Assembly (NCBI GenBank): GCA_039545335.1
Contig: BCIN01000005.1
Span: 434,001 to 498,000, forward strand
Origin: Kondoa subrosea
Taxonomy: Eukaryota
Length of the DNA: 64,000 nt
Direction of reading: 5' to 3'
Part shown: in pieces, positions 12,867 through 26,055 of the stretch
Position numbering within the stretch: position 1 is the stretch's first letter
Layout: each line of letters opens with the position of its first letter
Position numbers and translations under genes: made by a program
Notes under the pieces: generated by a model
The model's database searches: none
Seen by the model: only the letters and a program-made list of their open reading frames with translations
What the model was told of the DNA's origin: nothing

Positions 12867-13207
12867 ACGCGTGCAATACAGGCAACGGTTCATTCGAGCG
12901 ATAGAATCAAGCCGGTAATACTGGATGTACTCAGGCAGTCTAAAAATGCAAAGCAGATTAGAGGTTTCTGCATGAACCAAAGCTTCGCAGAGACGCAGAT
13001 TAATGACGAGAGAAGACCATGCTTCTCCTATCACTATGCAGTGGAAAGTAGGGCAAGAAGTAGATGCGAAACCAACTAAGCTTGACACAGCTCAGAGCAG
13101 CAGACAAGTCTGCTAAGTCGGATATTAGGCGGCACGATAGGGCTAAGTCGAATATGCGGATAAACAGGAGAATGCAAAAGAACGGTAACCCATATTACAA
13201 GCAATGG

Positions 13208-14037
13208 CTACTTTCGCTTTGGTTTGGTGACCTGTCGAAATTTGTCAGCACATGCGTACAGTAATAGCTAAGTGATAGTTACCTCTGCACCGTCCCAGTA
13301 AGCTGTAAATCGAAGCTCAAGTGAGCAAATGTAGGTTGCAGGACGAGAATCGCTTTACCTCTTTCTTGTTCCTATACATCTGGGTCAGCACAATGAAGTG
13401 GGTAAAAAGCACAGCATAATTTACCTCTGCCATAACATCTTCTATCAAAGGAGTGAGGTATCTGACATCTTCCTTCCTTGGTGTCCATTGTTCCTTGGGC
13501 AGGGATTTATGCAGCATAGAGCAGTTCTAAGGAAATGTTAAGCGGGTGATTACTGGCCAGACTATTGACGCACGGAAGCTACTCGGAGGCGATAAGCCCG
13601 GTCAAATTGCTCAGCAGGAGATAGACGTTGCAAAGCCTAATCGGAATGAGCCTCAATCGATTGGCTACAAAATGACAGCAACACACCTTCATGACTTGAG
13701 GATTCTCTTCAATAATGATATCGTCCTGTTGGTGGCCCCTTCGTGATTAACAGAGCTACAAGCCTGACGATGAAAGCGGCAACCAACATATTTCAATCCG
13801 ATTTTCTTGTAGCCTGCGATGTCCACGTATTTGTCTGCGATAGGGCGCAAGAACTTGTACAGGCTCTTGCTTGCCCTAACTCGGTTTGCGAAACTGTAGC
13901 CTGTTTGAGACGGACATAGAGAAATTGAGGCAAGAAGCACGGGAGATCTCGAGATTCAGCACGAACCGAATACAGACCTGTGAGGCAGACGAGTTAGCGA
14001 AAGTTATGCGATCTCGAGCAGGCCATGCTACTCACAT
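13208..14037 (-). CDS. QCR7: Cytochrome bc1 complex subunit 7 (start codon split AT|G by an intron)
   Basis: AGYKKIGLKYDDIIIEENP...ALQRL...DRAYRLRVAS...HKSLPKEQWT..EDVRYLTPLIEDV. Confidence 0.92.
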
Positions 14038-14129
14038 GATCAAATTAAGAAGTGCGTCGCTGTTCAAGCGAAAATCACAAAGGGTTGGAACCGAACGATG
14101 TCGAGCTGAGCTTGGCTGAGCTAAGAACT

Positions 14130-15172
14130 ATGTCTGCTGCTGCTAATGGTCACTCTTTCGAAGAACAAGTCCGTCTGCAATCCATTGCCCACTGTTCCCC
14201 ATTTGATTGTCCTGTTTTTCCTCTGCCTTGTTCAGCATGTTCACGAAGTTTACGACACCATCGCTTCCCATTTCTCATCTACTCGTTACAAGGCATGCTT
14301 CTGATCACTTTGGATTCCTTTTCTTCTTCTTATTCTTCTCTGGAAAGGCATGGCCATTGATTTCAAAGTTCCTTGAAGGACTACCAAAAGGCTCCATTGG
14401 CCTTGATGCAGGTTGTGGGAACGGAAAATACCTCAATGTTGCTACTCCTTTGCTTCCGAAGAGTAGTGGAGTGTTGAATAATAAAGTCATGCTGCTTGGT
14501 CTTGATCGGTTTGCTTGCTTACTCTTCCTTTGGTGAATTACTTCCAAAGAGAATGCTAGATCCATTGGATTGCTCTCCATAGCCAAAGAGAGAGGGCATG
14601 AAGCTATCCTAGCCGATTGCATCTATCCAGTATGGCGAAGCAATATCTTTGTACGTCACCTCCTTTCGCCGTCATATAATGCCTCACGAGCAATAGGACT
14701 TTGTAATATCTATTGCTACGATACATCACCTCTCGACGCCCGAGCGAAGAAAACAATCAATTCAAGTAAGCTTTCAACCAGGCGCAAACCCGATTTTGCC
14801 TCTGCTGATTTGATTATTCAGGCCATGATCCAATGTCTAAGACCACAAGGACAGATTTTGATCCAAGTTTGGGCATTGGAACAATCCTCCGAAACTTCTT
14901 TAGCTCGCCGAGGTACTTCCGTTCAACCTACATCCTCTATCTCTTCTACTTCTATATCGGATCAAACTAGAGAACAAGATGTTTTCGTACCATGGACTAC
15001 TAAACAAACAGGGAAAGAAGAGAAAACGTATCAGCGGTATTACCATTTATATAAAATGGGAGAACTGAAGGAAAGTTTCTTGGCTGCTGCGAAAGAGGAA
15101 GGAGTTGAGTTTGAAAGCTGTGACGAAGGATGGGAGAGAGGAAATTGGTACGTTCTGGCAAAGAGGGCGTAG
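14130..15172 (+). CDS. TRM9: tRNA wobble-uridine carboxymethyl methyltransferase (Trm9/ALKBH8-like)
   Basis: FEEQHVHEVYDTIASHFSSTRYKAWP, LDAGCGNGKYL, SIATIHHLSTPERR, VWALEQ, QDVFVPW, RYYHLY, WERGNW. Confidence 0.92.
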
Positions 15173-15527
15173 GTAGTGCAAGGTGCTTGGAATTGTCTCG
15201 CCGAACAGCTTCAAAGGTGCAGTCTCAGAATGAGTGCGTCTTTCTTAAGCTAATGGAATTGTCTCGCAACAGCTTTGGACATCTTACAGCAAGCAATAAG
15301 ACAAGTTTTTGTGAATTTGCTCCATGCCAAAGAAGTTTGCAATTGACTTGAAGAACACGTTCGCATTCATTGTGCTGATACTCTGAGAACATGTGCATCT
15401 TAATACCTTGTCTTCGCGCTTATCAGAGACTTCGCCACCAAGGCCAATTTTTGACTCAGACGGGCTCCAGCTTGGCTCCAGACTGTTGATCGCATTCACG
15501 TTTCTTGACCTGCCACACTCAGTCAAG

Positions 15528-18029
15528 ATGATTTCCAATAAGACTCTAGCCAAAGCTGTAGCACGCAGCGCGAAAGCACGGAATTCGTCGACTATCGCTG
15601 GAGTCAATTCAGCAAGTAACGCCGTCCCTTCTACGAAAGCTGCTGAGGGTCGGAGAAACCTGAGCAAGACAGCTGAAGCTAAAGCTGTCGAAGCTGCGTG
15701 AGTTCCAGTCTGCTTGCTGTCGAATTGTGGAAATTCATGCATCGACTTTGCACATAGTCGACCTGCACCTTCACCCGCATTCCAAGCTCCTCCTGATTTC
15801 CTTAACTATCCTTCTTCGTCTCAAGTACCTATTCCAAGAGGAAGGAATGGAAAACCTAAAGAAGTGATGGATTCATCCTTTGTCGGCAAAAGTGGTGGAG
15901 AGATCTTTCACGAAATGATGCTCAGGCATAACGTCAAACATATCTTTGGTTACCCTGGTGGTGCTATCTTGCCTGTTTTCGATGCCATCTACAATTCGAA
16001 ATACTTTGAATTCGTCTTACCAAGACACGAACAAGGTGCTGGACATATGGCTGAAGGTTATGCTCGTGCATCTGGGAAACCAGGAGTCGTGCTTGTAACA
16101 AGTGGACCAGTCAGTCAACCGTTCTGAAGCTCTCTAGGAGTTTTTCAAGGATTCCTGTTTTCTGACAGGGAGCCACCAATGTTATTACGCCTATGCAAGA
16201 CGCTATGTCGGATGGTACCCCGCTCGTTGTGTTCTGCGGACAAGTAGCGACTAGCGCTATCGGAAGTGATGCTTTCCAAGAAGCCGATGTAATTGGTATC
16301 AGCCGAAGTTGCACGAAATGGAATGTCATGGTCAAGGATATTGCTGAATTACCTCGTCGGATCAACGAAGCCTTCCGGATTGCAACATCTGGCCGACCCG
16401 GTCCCGTTCTAGTAGATTTGCCAAAAGACGTAACAGCAAGTGTACTCAAACAAGCTATCCCTCTTCGCTACACCCAACCTCATCGTGCTCAAGAAAACCT
16501 TCCAAGCAACCCTCTTTCTCAATTCCTATCCAGATCGAACCCGGAAGAATCAGCTCAAACCGATCTGCCCCCTCCAGATTACGGTCTTCTAGCTGATGCA
16601 GCAAAACTCATTGCTAACGCTAAGCGACCCATCATTTACGCTGGAGCAGGTGTTTTAGCAACAGAAGAAGGACCTGCTCTTCTAGCTCGCTTAGCGGAAC
16701 AAGGCAATATTCCCGTGACTACTACTTTACAAGGTCTAGGCGCTTTCGATGAAGAGAATGAAAGATCTCTACATATGCTTGGCATGCACGGCTCAGCTTA
16801 TGCCAACTTAGCTATGCAAGAAGCGGATTGCATCATTGCCTTGGGAGCAAGATTCGATGATCGAGTAACTGGCAAAGTCGATACTTTTGCACCTACAGCT
16901 AGACAAGCTGCGATTGATGGAACGGGCGGTATCATTCATTTCGATATCTTGCCCAAGAACATCAACAAAGTCGTTCAAGCTACTTATGCTATTGAAGGAG
17001 ATGTATCTCACAATCTCCGAGCACTCTTACCTATGTTACCAAAATCAGCTGCACCAAGGGAAGAATGGTTTGAGAAGCTTAGAACGTGGAAGAGCAGATA
17101 TCCTTTCACTTTTGAAGCTTCTGATCCTAGCAAGAAGGAATTGATGAAGCCTCAAGAAGTCGTCCAGGCATTAAATGAATACTGCAAAGACAAGAAAGAT
17201 GATGTTCTTATCACTACTGGTGTTGGTCAGCATCAGGTGGGAAAGACATTTTGTCCGTACCTTCCCGTACTGATTGAATTGTTGGACTCACAGATGTTTG
17301 CTTGCCAATACTATCGATGGACCAAGCCACGCTCCTGGATATCCTCAGGCGGTTTAGGCGTGAGTGCTCTTGCTTCCTATAGCCGAAACCAAGCTGATAG
17401 TAGGCTAGACAATGGGTTATGGTCTGCCAGCTTGTATTGGCGCCAAGGTAGCAGCACCTGAGAAGATTGTGGTCGATATCGATGGCGATGCTTCATTCAG
17501 CATGACTGCAATGGAAATGGCTACTGCTGCTCAATATGGAATCGGTGTGAAGATTCTGTTACTCAACAATGAGTTCCAGGGAATGGTTCTTCAATGGCAA
17601 GATCTATTCTACCAAGCAAGTCATTCTGTCTAGCAAACAAAGTTTTTGGTCTAATATCTTGTCTACAGAAACGATACTCTCACACGGAGATGAGCAATCC
17701 TGATTTCGTTGCTTTGGCTAAAGCTATGGGCGTGCATGCTATCCGCTGCGATCACCTCGACGATCTACCAGCTAAGATGAAGGAATTTATGGAATACGAT
17801 AACAGCAAACCAATTCTTTTGGAAGCGAGAACTGTCAAGACAGAGCATGTGTAAGTGAAGAGGAGTTCGAGCAATAGTCTTTGCTTAGGTTGTATGTTGG
17901 TTTTACAGCTACCCAATGGTACCAGCTGGTGCCGCTCTTCAGTACGTGTGCTTCTTTGCAGATATCTACAATATTGACATTTTCCTCTCTAGCCAACAAG
18001 TACTTCACCCAAGTCTGCGCTCAGAGTAG
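15528..18029 (+). CDS. ILV2: Acetolactate synthase catalytic subunit, mitochondrial
   Basis: [76 protein letters not shown]. Confidence 0.98.
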
Positions 18030-18356
18030 AGCAAGGAGGGGCGGGAGCACGGTCACAGCATCGAGTTGGTAATGCAAAGCAAGCATATCAAGGTTTTGGG
18101 TTCTCATATTGTTGTATCACGAAAATGGCAATGTTTGCGTGCTGCTTTATACGTTCTGCTGTGCTAGCTGTCATTTGGTGCGATCCATTGCAGCTTGATA
18201 TTTTGACTGGGGCATTTCTTGCTCAGATAACCATTAAGAAGTGCTATATACCAGACTGAGCAAGCTAGGCAGTGATAGGCAGCCAGTGCAACCGTTTGAT
18301 ACCCCTTTACTCCTCTCGCGTAGCCTGTTCTCCCATTTTCTCAATTTGTGTCAATC

Positions 18357-19223
18357 ATGTCTGTGTACGGTCGTCTAGACGCCTTGTCCGTCCATTCTTC
18401 CATCACTTTGTGTTCCATATTGATTTCTGTGGCAGCTCTTCTTACAAGGACAACCGTTCTGGCCAAACGCTCGAAGAACAAGTACGCTTTACCCATATTC
18501 CATCTTCTTAGCTCATCTGTGATTACAGCATGCTCAACTACGGAAATCAGCTACTCTGTACATTGGAAATCTCTCCTTTTACACGACGGAACAACAGATT
18601 TATCAATTGTTTGGTCGAACTGGAACGATTCGAAGGATCATTATGGGTTTAGACCGACATAACAAAACACCTTGCGGTTTCTGTTTCGTCGAGTACATCT
18701 CCTTTTCCTTCCAACTCTTTCGATTTAGGCTGATATGAGTGGTTTTTTGATAAAGGTATTACAACAATGCAGATGCTTTAGCGGCATTGAAATACATTTC
18801 TGGGACCAAGTTGGATGAACGTATTATCAGAGCTGATTTGGATCCTGGGTATAAAGATGGTAGACAATACGGTCGAGGGAAATCAGGTGGTCAAGTGGTT
18901 CGTCTTTGTTCATCTCCCTCTTGGTTACAGGATAGAAGTTGAGAATGTGACGCACAGCGGGATGAGTTTAGAGAAGATTATGATGCTGGACGAGGTGAAA
19001 CATAATTACAACGAGTGAGCCTCGGCTGATTAGTGTGATAGGTGGATGGGGACATGCGAAACTTCGTGAAGAAGAACAGAGGGAAGAAAGGACGCGCTAC
19101 CAAGAGAACTTGTACCAGCAAGACCATATTGATGGACAGAGAGAAGTTGCTGGCGGTGGTCATCGAGGTGAAGAGAGCAATCCGCGTTTCAACAGAGGAA
19201 TGGATGAGGATGAGGATTACTAG
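18357..19223 (+). CDS. CBC2: Nuclear cap-binding protein subunit 2 (CBP20); not evident from the ORF track because of introns
   Basis: Spliced: [22 protein letters not shown]...[21 protein letters not shown]...[48 protein letters not shown]. Confidence 0.95.
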
Positions 19224-19561
19224 CTCATTTAGGAACAAGTACTTAGGAAGAGACATGATCGAGGGTGTTCCATTCTTTTCCGTCCTGCCCTTCTTGTCTC
19301 GAGACTGCCGCGGACTCTTGCAGGCGAACGTGAATACCACTCAACTGACTGCTTCACATATCCTCTCTCATTCTTATACCTTTCCTGTCTCGTTGCCTCG
19401 ACGGAGCACTGGAGAGAGAATCAAACAACAACAATCAAGAGTCCAAGCTCTCTTTACAACGGCAATACAGTAGACAAGTAGCCACTCGAACTGCAAGAAC
19501 GATTCTTCCTTGTCCCTGGTTTTCAACTGCTGCTTGTCGCTCACGCCGCATCGAACAAAAT

Positions 19562-22017
19562 ATGACTAACAAAACAAACTCTCTATCGACCTCCGTAAAA
19601 TCGTCACCGTACACTAGTGCCCAACAAAACACCTACAATCTGAAACGGAAGCATGAAAACGACCCGGAAGAGGAGAGCAAGTTTCGTTCACATCTGACCA
19701 AGTATGATGACTTCGCGAAATTCTTGAATGGCCTTCAACAACGTGGTCTCGTTGCGAAGGATGGCGCGTCTTCATGCTCTTCACAAGCTATATTTGATCC
19801 GTCCGTAAATCACACTCCATTATTGAACCGGCTGCAAAGGCTTGCAACAGCAAACGAAGACGCAGAGGAACCTTTTGCTCGCCAGCTGACCAGGATGCTA
19901 GGGAGATACCCTCCTGTCAATAGTTCTCGTGAGCCGCAAAGCGCATCTGGCTGATGAGGATACAGGAAACAACAAGGAAACCCTTGAGAAGATGTCTCGA
20001 CACTAGTCATACAAATACGTCTCTTCCTACAAGCATCCTTTGCGGTTCAAACCGGCGGCCCGACTTCATCATCCGCGACATAGATCAGGTTTCCGGCACC
20101 AGCAATAAATGGGAGACTGTCAATGCCTTTGGCGAATTGACGGTCACACCTATACTTAATGTCTCACAAAGTCTCTCTGGCACCAAACTCAATTCAAAGC
20201 ATCTTCAACTTTTCAACAATATGAAAGTAGGCATGATACGTCGTCGTCAGTGCTTCCATTTGTACTTGCCACTACGTCTCGATAGCTAACTCTGGAGTCT
20301 ATAGCACTCAGCACTCACATCATGGGCTTTGGCTTCAGTCAGAATCAGAAATCGGAATCCGCCGCGACAACAACTACTTTCACTTTGGCCTGCTTGACGA
20401 GAGAAGACCTCATGTTTTGCGAAGTAGAAGATTGCTTTAGCACCACAGACAAGCTGCATCAAGTTCTGCTGGCTCTGTTTTTCCTCTGTTCTGCGGATGA
20501 TCGAGATCTGCATGGACCAAATGGAGGCAACAAGATCCAGGATTACATGCAATTCGAGTGCGCGCAACCAGAGCAAGATGATCTCCGTCCAGATATGACG
20601 GGAAAGTGGAAAACTGCAACTGCTCGTGACTGCTTGGACGGGCTTCCCCCAGACTTACCCAGCTTTTGCGGTTTCAGACTCTTTGGGCGAGCAACGGCAG
20701 TGTATTTCGACGCAAGAAATGCGTATAAAATAGTCTGGCTGCCTGAGCATGTAGCTTTGGGGAAACATGTGATGGCGAAGGAATTAGAGGTCATGCAAGT
20801 GCTGCACGCGCATTTGGGAAAAGATTTTGAAGATCGCATTCCAAAGTTGAGAGGGTGGGCTCACGAAAAGAGAGAATCCAAAGAGCAAGTAGCTCCTGAA
20901 CAGCGCAAGAAGGATGTTGATATAACGAAACGGCATCTGTGGATCATCCGTATGTCGCGGGGCAACCCTATCGATCCGTCAAATGTACGCACCATCGAAA
21001 ATCTGATGGATCTCTTGGTGGACATCGCTGAAAGTGTGTTCTTCATCGTGTGTTGTCGACTATGACTCACAGTCTTACTAGCTCTCAAACACTTTCACTC
21101 GATTGGCGTTGCGCATCGCGATATCTCATGCAACAATATCCTTTGTCAGCCTGGATCAGAGGAGGGCACGGCAAAAAGCCTCATCATCGACTTTGACAAT
21201 TCCACTTACTTTAGCAAAGAAAGGGGATATCGGTATTCGAGTACAAGCCGGAACGGTAAAAAGATATCTATCACTGTAAGCAGACTCCAAATGCGTCAGG
21301 CCTTTGCTGATGCTGGTATGTCCGTCAATACAGTTCACAAAAGATTGCGTGCCATACGCCATCTGCAAAGCTGGCCTCACCTTCTTGTATATCTTTCACA
21401 TCAGGCAAGAGATGGAATCCCTTCTCTACTTCTTCATTCACATCTTGATGCGCTTCTTCTCTTCTTCGACAAAGCAAGCGGAATCCNAGCGCTGCAAAAT
21501 GGTCAAAGTGACTTCTTATAGCCTTCGCTCAAACGGTTCACAGAAGGCAAACACGTCCTCAGCTACGCGTTCGATTTCTCAGCTTGATGACAGCCTAAAG
21601 ACGGGACCAGACTGCCACTTGAACTTTGATAAATGTCAGCTGTCTCTGATGGAACTCAAAGATCAAAAGTTGCGATCATTGCTTCAAGACCTTGTGACGG
21701 CTTTAAAGAAGCTGTCAATCGTGCCGGATGATAAAGAGCGCAGATTTTGGGACTTNTGGTCTGNNANNGCNANACNNNANGAAGCACNATTGAAGGAGAA
21801 AANCACCATAGAAGNCAAATNCGNNGNCTTGTCGCTGCAAGATCACCGGTCGCAGATAAGAGAGGAAATGGACGACGACGAGAAGGACTTGGTCGAAAAA
21901 CAAGACACGGCATACTTCACAGACCAAGATATGCTGATCAGAGTGCTGGAAAACTCCAAGTCGAAAATGAAAGAATGGTGGAAATTGGTTCCAGCCGAGC
22001 TTGAAAAACGAGCTTGA
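19562..22017 (+). CDS. Fungal-type protein kinase (FunK1/Pkinase_fungal), copy A, multi-exon
   Basis: RRPDFII, LFGRATAVY, AYKIVW, GVAHRDISCNNIL, LIIDFDNS, HIRQEMESLLYF; contains Ns; the splice joining the first exon is uncertain. Confidence 0.82.
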
Positions 22018-23226
22018 AGAAAGATAAAGGGAATACCATGCTCGCTATCGCTATATATATCTTCGCTATCGTAATGACAACATACTGCTTTTTTACGTTT
22101 TCTTAGGGCTGGATTCTGTGTGAACGCGCAAGATGCAATGACGCAGAAAGTTATATACACTCAGGAATAATACTGCTGCCCTAATATTTCATGTAATTAT
22201 CATAGTTTGTGAAGAGTGAATAATGAGTCTTGATTTTGTAAGTTGACTATTTTATCTGTCACCAAACGAGCTGTGTAGGTCATGGTTGAGCTCTTCTTGA
22301 ATACTAGAAGTATTTCGCTTAATTGAAGAATTGGTTAGGGAGCTTTGGNTTCGCAANNCAATGAGTCNNNGCANGGCAAGCTCGAAATTNACANNACTCN
22401 CCTTTCGCCCAGCGTTTCTCCATCGCTGTGGCAGATAATTCAGATAAAGCATATGACCTAATGCACGACAATTTTGAGGTCGTACATAAGATTCAGAGGA
22501 GGATAGAATTCACCGTTCAACTATTTCAGTGCGAACAGAAAGTGCACTCTGCCATCCCGTTTCATCAAATACCCCAGTTTCATCATCCATATCAGATCAG
22601 TACTATTCAAATGCACTTCCACTCCTTTTTCCGTGACCTGATTTCTTTCGACCCTTGATACTGGGGCAACTGACTCCACTTCTTCGATCTGGGACTTCCC
22701 TTCCTTTTGTTTTAGGTCGTAGAGCTTTTGCTTGCATCCTCTTCATCATCAATTAAAGCAGTAAATCGATGGTTGGCTGATGCTAGGGCAGTTTCGGTGA
22801 ATCAATCCAATCCAGAAATTTCTAACGCGCTGATGATCGATCTAGAACGTGTTCTTTCCCGTTAAGAAGGAGGGTAAGGTTGATCGTTTTGGTTCATAGA
22901 AGAAGGTTGCATGATTTGAGATTATTTTAGAGCATCGATCCAGAGTTCTTACGTGCACGAAAAGTGCACGAAAACTTGCGTAAATTTTGAGTTGTCTGCT
23001 AACGAGTTGAAGTCGCGGATAGACTGTGTGTCTGAGATGGTACGACCCAGAGAACCTTCCAGATGAAACAGCAATGCAGAACGACTATAGAGATCAAAAA
23101 CAAGTCGAGCTGGCGCCCAACGGTCGCACTGCAGCCCTGAACGGAAGATAAGGACCAACTTGCTGATAAGAAACTTTGACTCTGAGCAGTGCGCAATCGC
23201 TTGCAGGTAGTGACTGCTATTGCTTC

Positions 23227-24642
23227 TTAATTCAATCTGGCAGAATTCGTCTGATGAACTGTCAAACGTCTGTTCTCGCAAGTGATGCGGCTGATGAGCG
23301 TCCAGCTTCTGTCTTCTGCAAAGATGAAATTGATATCCAGCAAGCGACCTTGAAAAGGTCGAGCCAAAGCTTGAGCATCTTTAACCAATTCCCATTGTAT
23401 CTCATCCATTTGCACCTCTTCCACATCTCCAAGTGAATTCAAAGTTGGATAAGTCTGCTTCGTGGACGGTAAATGTGAATGGAGCGTGAAGTATAAAAGG
23501 GTTCGGCAAGCGGTGCTGATCAGAAGGGGAGCGTAAATGGAGCAAGGGATGAAGCGGCGCGTAAAACGTTCTGATCTGCGAATACCATAATATACATCGA
23601 TCTGTTTTATGCTGGGTAAGGTGCATTTGCTGAGTTCTGGTACTGCTGACTGGATTGCTTGCGTGGACACCATGCCCTGAAATCGCAATAATAGCTGTTC
23701 ACAAGACGGTATATTGCCATTGAGACCAGAGAGTCGCTTGACAGCCAATAAATTGCAAGATATATCGAGGAGAAGAAGTTTGGGTAGGTGTACGAAGTTT
23801 GCCAAAATGTCGGAACTGGCGATACATACCAGAGATCGAAGAGTAGGTGCATGTAAAATGAGGATATCGCGTGTTCCATGATGACGATTGCGGTGCTGTT
23901 GTATGATTTCGAAGCGTTGAATAGGTAGAGGACTGTTCAAATACAGACATGGCGTATCTTTCAATGTGATTGCTCTTAGTGCAGGCATGGCAGCCAATAT
24001 CTTGCCAATGACAGACCGGTTCCATTCAGGCTCGAAAACATTGTAGGACAAATGGGCAATTGTCTGCAAGCACGGAAGAGCCAGCCATTGTTGCAAAGAG
24101 GGAAGTGCATTGAACTGGAAGTCAAGGAGGTCGACGTCGCACACGCCATGGCCCTCGACATCTTCCAGGACGTCAAGGCGAGTAAGATGATGGAAGTGAT
24201 ATAGAATTTCTAGGACTTGAGCAGTGGGTAGTTGCATTCGCTCCAATTCATCATCTAATGCTTGACTGCAAGTACTGCTTTGCATTTCCTCCAAGGACAT
24301 GTCCTCTAAAGTATAAGTGTATGTTGGTTGGTTCTTGATCTGTATACAGAATGCAACAGCAAGAGAGCGAACGTGCAGAGCAAGAGAGGGCTGAGTCAAG
24401 ATAATGGCTCGAAGCTTTCTGCTGCGGATCTGATTGTTGGTCATAGAGTGGTAAAGAAAAGGTAGAGTCTTCAGGTAGACGGAACCTAGAACACAGAGAT
24501 ATGAGGATCAAAATCTGCCGCTCCTGGGAGACGCACGACAAGTATACATCAAGGCTAGCCAGCTCTCCTTTGGTCCGCCAATCTATAGCACGCCCGCATC
24601 CCTCGCTATCTGCCTCCAAGTTTCTGCCGGCAAGCGATCCAT
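23227..24642 (-). pseudogene. F-box/LRR-like gene copy A with an in-frame TAG at codon 20 (24583-24585); the 405-aa downstream ORF is intact
   Basis: MDRLPAETWRQIARDAGVL*IGGPKESWLALMYTC|RSVYLKTLPFLYHSM...; copy B has AGA at the stop position. Confidence 0.65.
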
Positions 24643-24959
24643 TATCTACAGACTACTGCTGCACTGCACTGCCTTGCTCTGACTCGGTTCTCAACTTCTG
24701 ATCCGCTGACGAAGAAACAAGTTGCGCTCTTGAAGCTCGCGTCGAGAACACTTGATCGCGCAGGCAATTGAAATCCAAGTTTGGCCAGAAGAGAGAAAGG
24801 CTCATTGCAGAATGACTGTGAAGGCTCGAGCTATTGTCTGACAATGATGACTATAGCAGTCTCACGGTATCACTGAAGACACTGGTATTGGCCCCTCCGA
24901 GCGAGGTCTTGGTCTGGCTCCAACCTGGCAGATTTCATTTCTCTTGGGCTCGAACGGTC

Positions 24960-25728
24960 ATGCAACGCCTCTGCAGACCTCTGGGCAGCATCAAGCGCTA
25001 CAGCAGTACCTTGGCCTCTGATATCTATACTTCCAATGCAGCAGTACCAGCTACTCAATCGTCCCCATCGAATATGACACCGAAACAGAGACGCATCATA
25101 GAAGAGATTATTCGGGTCGATCAAGCTGGGGAATTGGGCGCTAATGTGATCTATCAAGGACAGAAAGCTGTCTTTGCTAAACAAGGCAAAATTCAGCTAG
25201 CCAATCTCATTCAGGTGAGCGAGCGAATCGATAGCAACTGTACATCGTATTGAAGAAAGGATACAGGAAATGTGGGACTCCGAGAAGAAACATATTCAGA
25301 CTTTCGATAAGCTAGTCAGCCAACATCGCGTTCGACCGACTGCTTTGTATCCTGTTTGGCGAGTTGCAGGCTGGGCTTTAGGCGCTAGTACAGCTTTACT
25401 GGGTCGAGAGTCAGCTATGGCTTGCACAGAAGCTGTAGAGACAGTCATCGGTGAGCATTACAACGAGTAAGTTGCTTCTTCACCTCATCAACATAAATTC
25501 TAACTTTAGTTTAGTCAGATAAAGGAGCTCGAGTTACATCTCAAGGACGTCAATCATCCTTCTGTCGTCGCACTGAAGAAGATCTTGGAGGAGTTTCGAG
25601 ATGATGAGCTAGAACATCTCGATACAGCAGTCGAAAACGATAGTCAAAAAGCGCCCGCGCATGCTTTGCTCAGTGCTGTGATTGCTGCTGGATGTAAAGC
25701 TGCTGTAGCTATTACGAAGAGAGTCTAG
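24960..25728 (+). CDS. COQ7: 5-demethoxyubiquinone hydroxylase (Coq7/Cat5/Clk-1)
   Basis: [67 protein letters not shown]. Confidence 0.97.
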
Positions 25729-26055
25729 AAGTGCAATGCTAGTCGACGGTAGGTCTCTCCATTTTGGCATGTTTCACAGCTAAATTTCAAGCCAAATAGT
25801 CCTGTCAGTATATAATCGCCATCGACTATGCACATTTCGAGAAAGCTATTCGAACTCGTAAGCCCGCGTTTCACAGTGCAAGCCAAATTGAAACAGCTAA
25901 TGGCTGATCCGATACAGGTCTCTGAGTAGTAATAGTTTGGTCATGCGCGAGCATGAACTCTGTAAAATCATAAACATCAGCATCATAGCCTGTCTAAATT
26001 TCATAGTGTAATTCGAAACTGTATTGACATTTTGTTTCTAGTCCTCCATCGACCT

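Larger units (their letters stand above)
19267..24914 (+). repeat. Copy A of a ~5.6-kb direct segmental duplication (FunK1 + F-box module)
   Basis: Begins gttccattcttttccgtcc and ends ...gaggtcttggtc; recurs at 28460..34290. Confidence 0.93.

Noticed and set aside
22252..23200. Stop-riddled coding-like sequence on the minus strand between FunK1 and the F-box gene (contains RDFNS, superficially like a retroelement endonuclease GDFN motif)
   Set aside because: No further motif support and multiple stops in all frames; cannot assign a family
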